A stretch of DNA of 64,000 bases, from assembly GCA_039908525.1 (NCBI GenBank), contig JAMOAY010000006.1, forward strand, positions 56,562 to 120,561, read 5' to 3'. Made by a program: the position numbers and the translations under genes. The stretch is from Magnetococcus sp. MYC-9. GTDB lineage: Bacteria > Pseudomonadota > Magnetococcia > Magnetococcales > Magnetaquicoccaceae. Positions 61,976 to 64,000 of the stretch are shown here, in pieces. Under the pieces are notes generated by a model. The model searched no databases and had not been told where the DNA came from. It saw only the letters and a list, made by a program, of their open reading frames with translations. Every line of letters starts with the position of its first letter. The first letter of the stretch is position 1.

Positions 61976-63323
61976 TCGTTTGCGGCGCTTCGTGGCCGGG
62001 GGCATCTCCCCGGTGGGGCTGTGGAGAGGGGTTCTCCATAGCCCCACCGGGCAGCGCGACACCCATCAGCCCCCCGCATACATCAACCGTCATTTTGCCC
62101 CGCTGTTGGTTGCCCTTTTGCTTCTGTCCGGTTGCCAGGGTGTGCCCTGGCAAGGGGCGGTTGTCGACAAATCCCGCCACCGGGTCGGAGAGGCCACGGC
62201 GACGACCAGCCTGGAGGCGGTCTCCTGGTCGGAAATCCCTCCGGGCTTGGTGCAGGATCGGACGACGCTGCCCTGGGCAGAGGCTCTGGAGCAGAGCGCC
62301 CACTACTATCGCCGACTCCCCCCGCAACAAACATTTCAGTTCGGCCCCGCCAAGGTCACCGCCGTGGCCATGGCCAGGGCCTGTACCGAGCTGGCGGATG
62401 TGGCCCGCACGGGAGATGTGGATCGGTTGCAGAGCCTCCTGCAACAGCGATTCCGTCTGTACCGGGCGGTTGGCAACAACGAAGGTGATGTGATGGTAAC
62501 GGCCTACTACGAACCGCTCCTGCACGGTTCGTTGCGGCGTTCCAACCGGTATTACTATCCCATTTATCGCCGTCCCCCGGATCTGCTGGAATCGGGCGCC
62601 AGCGGCCAACGCACCGTCCGCCGCAAAGAAAAAGGCAGGCTGGTGCCTTACTACGATCGCCAGCAGATCGATGGCACGTTTTTCTCTCCTGAGCTGCTGG
62701 GCAAACTGGCCAACCGCGGTCTGGAGTTGGTCTGGGTGGACAGCGCCATCGACGCCTTTTTTCTGCATATACAAGGTTCCGGTCGGGTCTTGCTGGAGAA
62801 TGGTCAGATCCTGCGTCTCGGCTATGACAGCAACAACGGTCGTTCCTATGTGGCCATTGGCAAGATACTGATCGATGAGGGCAAGATTGCCAGGGAAGAG
62901 ATGACCATGCCGCGCCTGCGCCAATGGCTGTTGGACAATCCATCTGAAAACCAGCGGTTGTTCTTTGCCAATCCCTCCTATGTGTTTTTCCGCGAGCTGC
63001 ACGGCGACCCGGTAGGCAACATCAGCGTGCCTCTGACCCCTCAACGGTCGATTGCCACCGATCACCGCCTGTTTCCCAAGGGTGCACCGGCCATCCTGGT
63101 GACCACAGTGCCCTTGTTGGCCGAAGATGGCAAACAGGTAACGGGTTGGCAACCCGATGCGCGGTGGGTGGTCAATCAGGACACGGGTGGGGCCATTCGA
63201 GGTGCGGGACGGGTGGATCTGTTTGTGGGTTTCGGAGAAAACATCGAGTACCAGGCGGGCGTGATGAAGCAACCCAACTCCCAACTCTATTTTATCGCGC
63301 CGCTGTATGGCCTGCGTGAGTAA
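61965..63323 (+). CDS. mltA: Membrane-bound lytic murein transglycosylase A
   Basis: VTAYYEP, FFLHIQGSG, NGRSYVAIG, NPSYVFF, SIATD, QDTGGAIRG..DLF; lipobox LSGC suggests a later start. Confidence 0.93.
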   Translation: MRLDRLRRFVAGGISPVGLWRGVLHSPTGQRDTHQPPAYINRHFAPLLVALLLLSGCQGVPWQGAVVDKSRHRVGEATATTSLEAVSWSEIPPGLVQDRTTLPWAEALEQSAHYYRRLPPQQTFQFGPAKVTAVAMARACTELADVARTGDVDRLQSLLQQRFRLYRAVGNNEGDVMVTAYYEPLLHGSLRRSNRYYYPIYRRPPDLLESGASGQRTVRRKEKGRLVPYYDRQQIDGTFFSPELLGKLANRGLELVWVDSAIDAFFLHIQGSGRVLLENGQILRLGYDSNNGRSYVAIGKILIDEGKIAREEMTMPRLRQWLLDNPSENQRLFFANPSYVFFRELHGDPVGNISVPLTPQRSIATDHRLFPKGAPAILVTTVPLLAEDGKQVTGWQPDARWVVNQDTGGAIRGAGRVDLFVGFGENIEYQAGVMKQPNSQLYFIAPLYGLRE

Positions 63324-63350
63324 GGTGCCCGCTCGACCCAAGGAACGCCC

Positions 63351-63845
63351 ATGAATCATCTGCCCATCTCTTCACACCCCGCCCGCAGCGACCGCCTGCC
63401 GTGGCTGGTCGGCTTGGCCACCCTGTTGTCCATCGGAATGGGCTGGTCGTTCATGCAGGCGTCTGAGAAACCGGTGCCCATCACCGTCTTCAAATCCCCC
63501 TCCTGCGAATGCTGTACCGCCTGGATTCAGCATTTGACCCGTCACGGTTTTGCCGTCACGGTGGAAAACCGTGAGGATATGATGGCGGTCAAGCGCACCC
63601 TGGGCGTGCCGGATGGCATGGCATCCTGCCACACAGGAGTTGTGGATGGCTATGTGGTTGAAGGTCATTTGCCGGCCGGGGATATTCACCGTCTGCTGCG
63701 GGAACGCCCCTCCGTCTTGGGCATCGGGGTTCCCGGCATGCCCATCGGCTCCCCCGGCATGGAGCTCCCGGGTGCCAAACCGGAGCCCTATGTCGTGTTT
63801 GCGTTCGGTCAGGATGGTCGCAGCCAGCCGTTTGCCAACCATTGA
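63351..63845 (+). CDS. DUF411 family metal-binding protein
   Basis: KSPSCECCTAW, SCHT, YVVEGHLPA, PGMPIGSPGME. Confidence 0.9.
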   Translation: MNHLPISSHPARSDRLPWLVGLATLLSIGMGWSFMQASEKPVPITVFKSPSCECCTAWIQHLTRHGFAVTVENREDMMAVKRTLGVPDGMASCHTGVVDGYVVEGHLPAGDIHRLLRERPSVLGIGVPGMPIGSPGMELPGAKPEPYVVFAFGQDGRSQPFANH

Positions 63846-64000
63846 TGTCACAATCCAACGAGTTTTGTGTGCACATGGATCCACCCCTGAATGTATACAT
63901 CGTCGACGACAACCCCGTGGAACGGGCCCTGCTGACCGGCCTGTTGAGGAAGGTGCGTCACTGGCAGGTCTCCTGCGTACAGTGTGCCACCGGCGACGAG
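63845..64000 (+). CDS. Response-regulator receiver-domain protein (3' truncated by window)
   Basis: Hand translation MSQSNEFCVHMDPPLNVYIVDDNPVERALLTGLL..; ATG overlaps the DUF411 stop (TGATG). Confidence 0.75.
   Translation, partial: MSQSNEFCVHMDPPLNVYIVDDNPVERALLTGLLRKVRHWQVSCVQCATGDE

Overview
A mostly GC-rich (roughly 60-65% by eye) bacterial chromosome segment, probably from a magnetotactic Magnetococcales-like proteobacterium. That assignment is inferred from an Mms6/MamD-family magnetosome-protein gene and an alpha/eta-proteobacterial gene complement. In order it contains: the end of an NrfC/DsrO-NrfD redox module coupled to a Tat-exported PhoD; hemC; pyrG-kdsA-gcvT; an ~18 kb nitrate cluster (NrtABC/D ABC transporter, NarK/NRT2 MFS transporter, PP2C-Ser/Thr kinase fusion, nirBD, narGHJI, no assimilatory NasA); infA-parE-tolC-nfuA-ampD-mpl-algH; an AT-rich patch (SGNH hydrolase and a frameshifted acyl carrier protein) beside a lone Mms6/MamD-like gene; lpoA-like/rsmI/yraN/dolP/glcD/dksA; thiE/PilZ/pfkB/cysQ/radical SAM/sapC/lolE; a second AT-rich gene (sugar O-methyltransferase) beside a pilin-like gene; rlmN-ndk; a DnaA-box cluster; yebC-ruvCAB-ybgC-tolQRA; glcF-like, Tim44, mltA, DUF411 and a truncated response regulator. 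I saw no rRNA, tRNA, CRISPR array or transposase. The most notable observations are the orphan magnetosome-type gene, a DnaA-box cluster (candidate oriC or DnaA-regulated ndk promoter), an apparently undescribed helical N-terminal domain shared by the two AT-rich glycan-tailoring-type enzymes, respiratory Nar in place of NasA, and a dispersed double-hairpin intergenic repeat family. All product calls rest on motif recognition by eye; no database searches were run.
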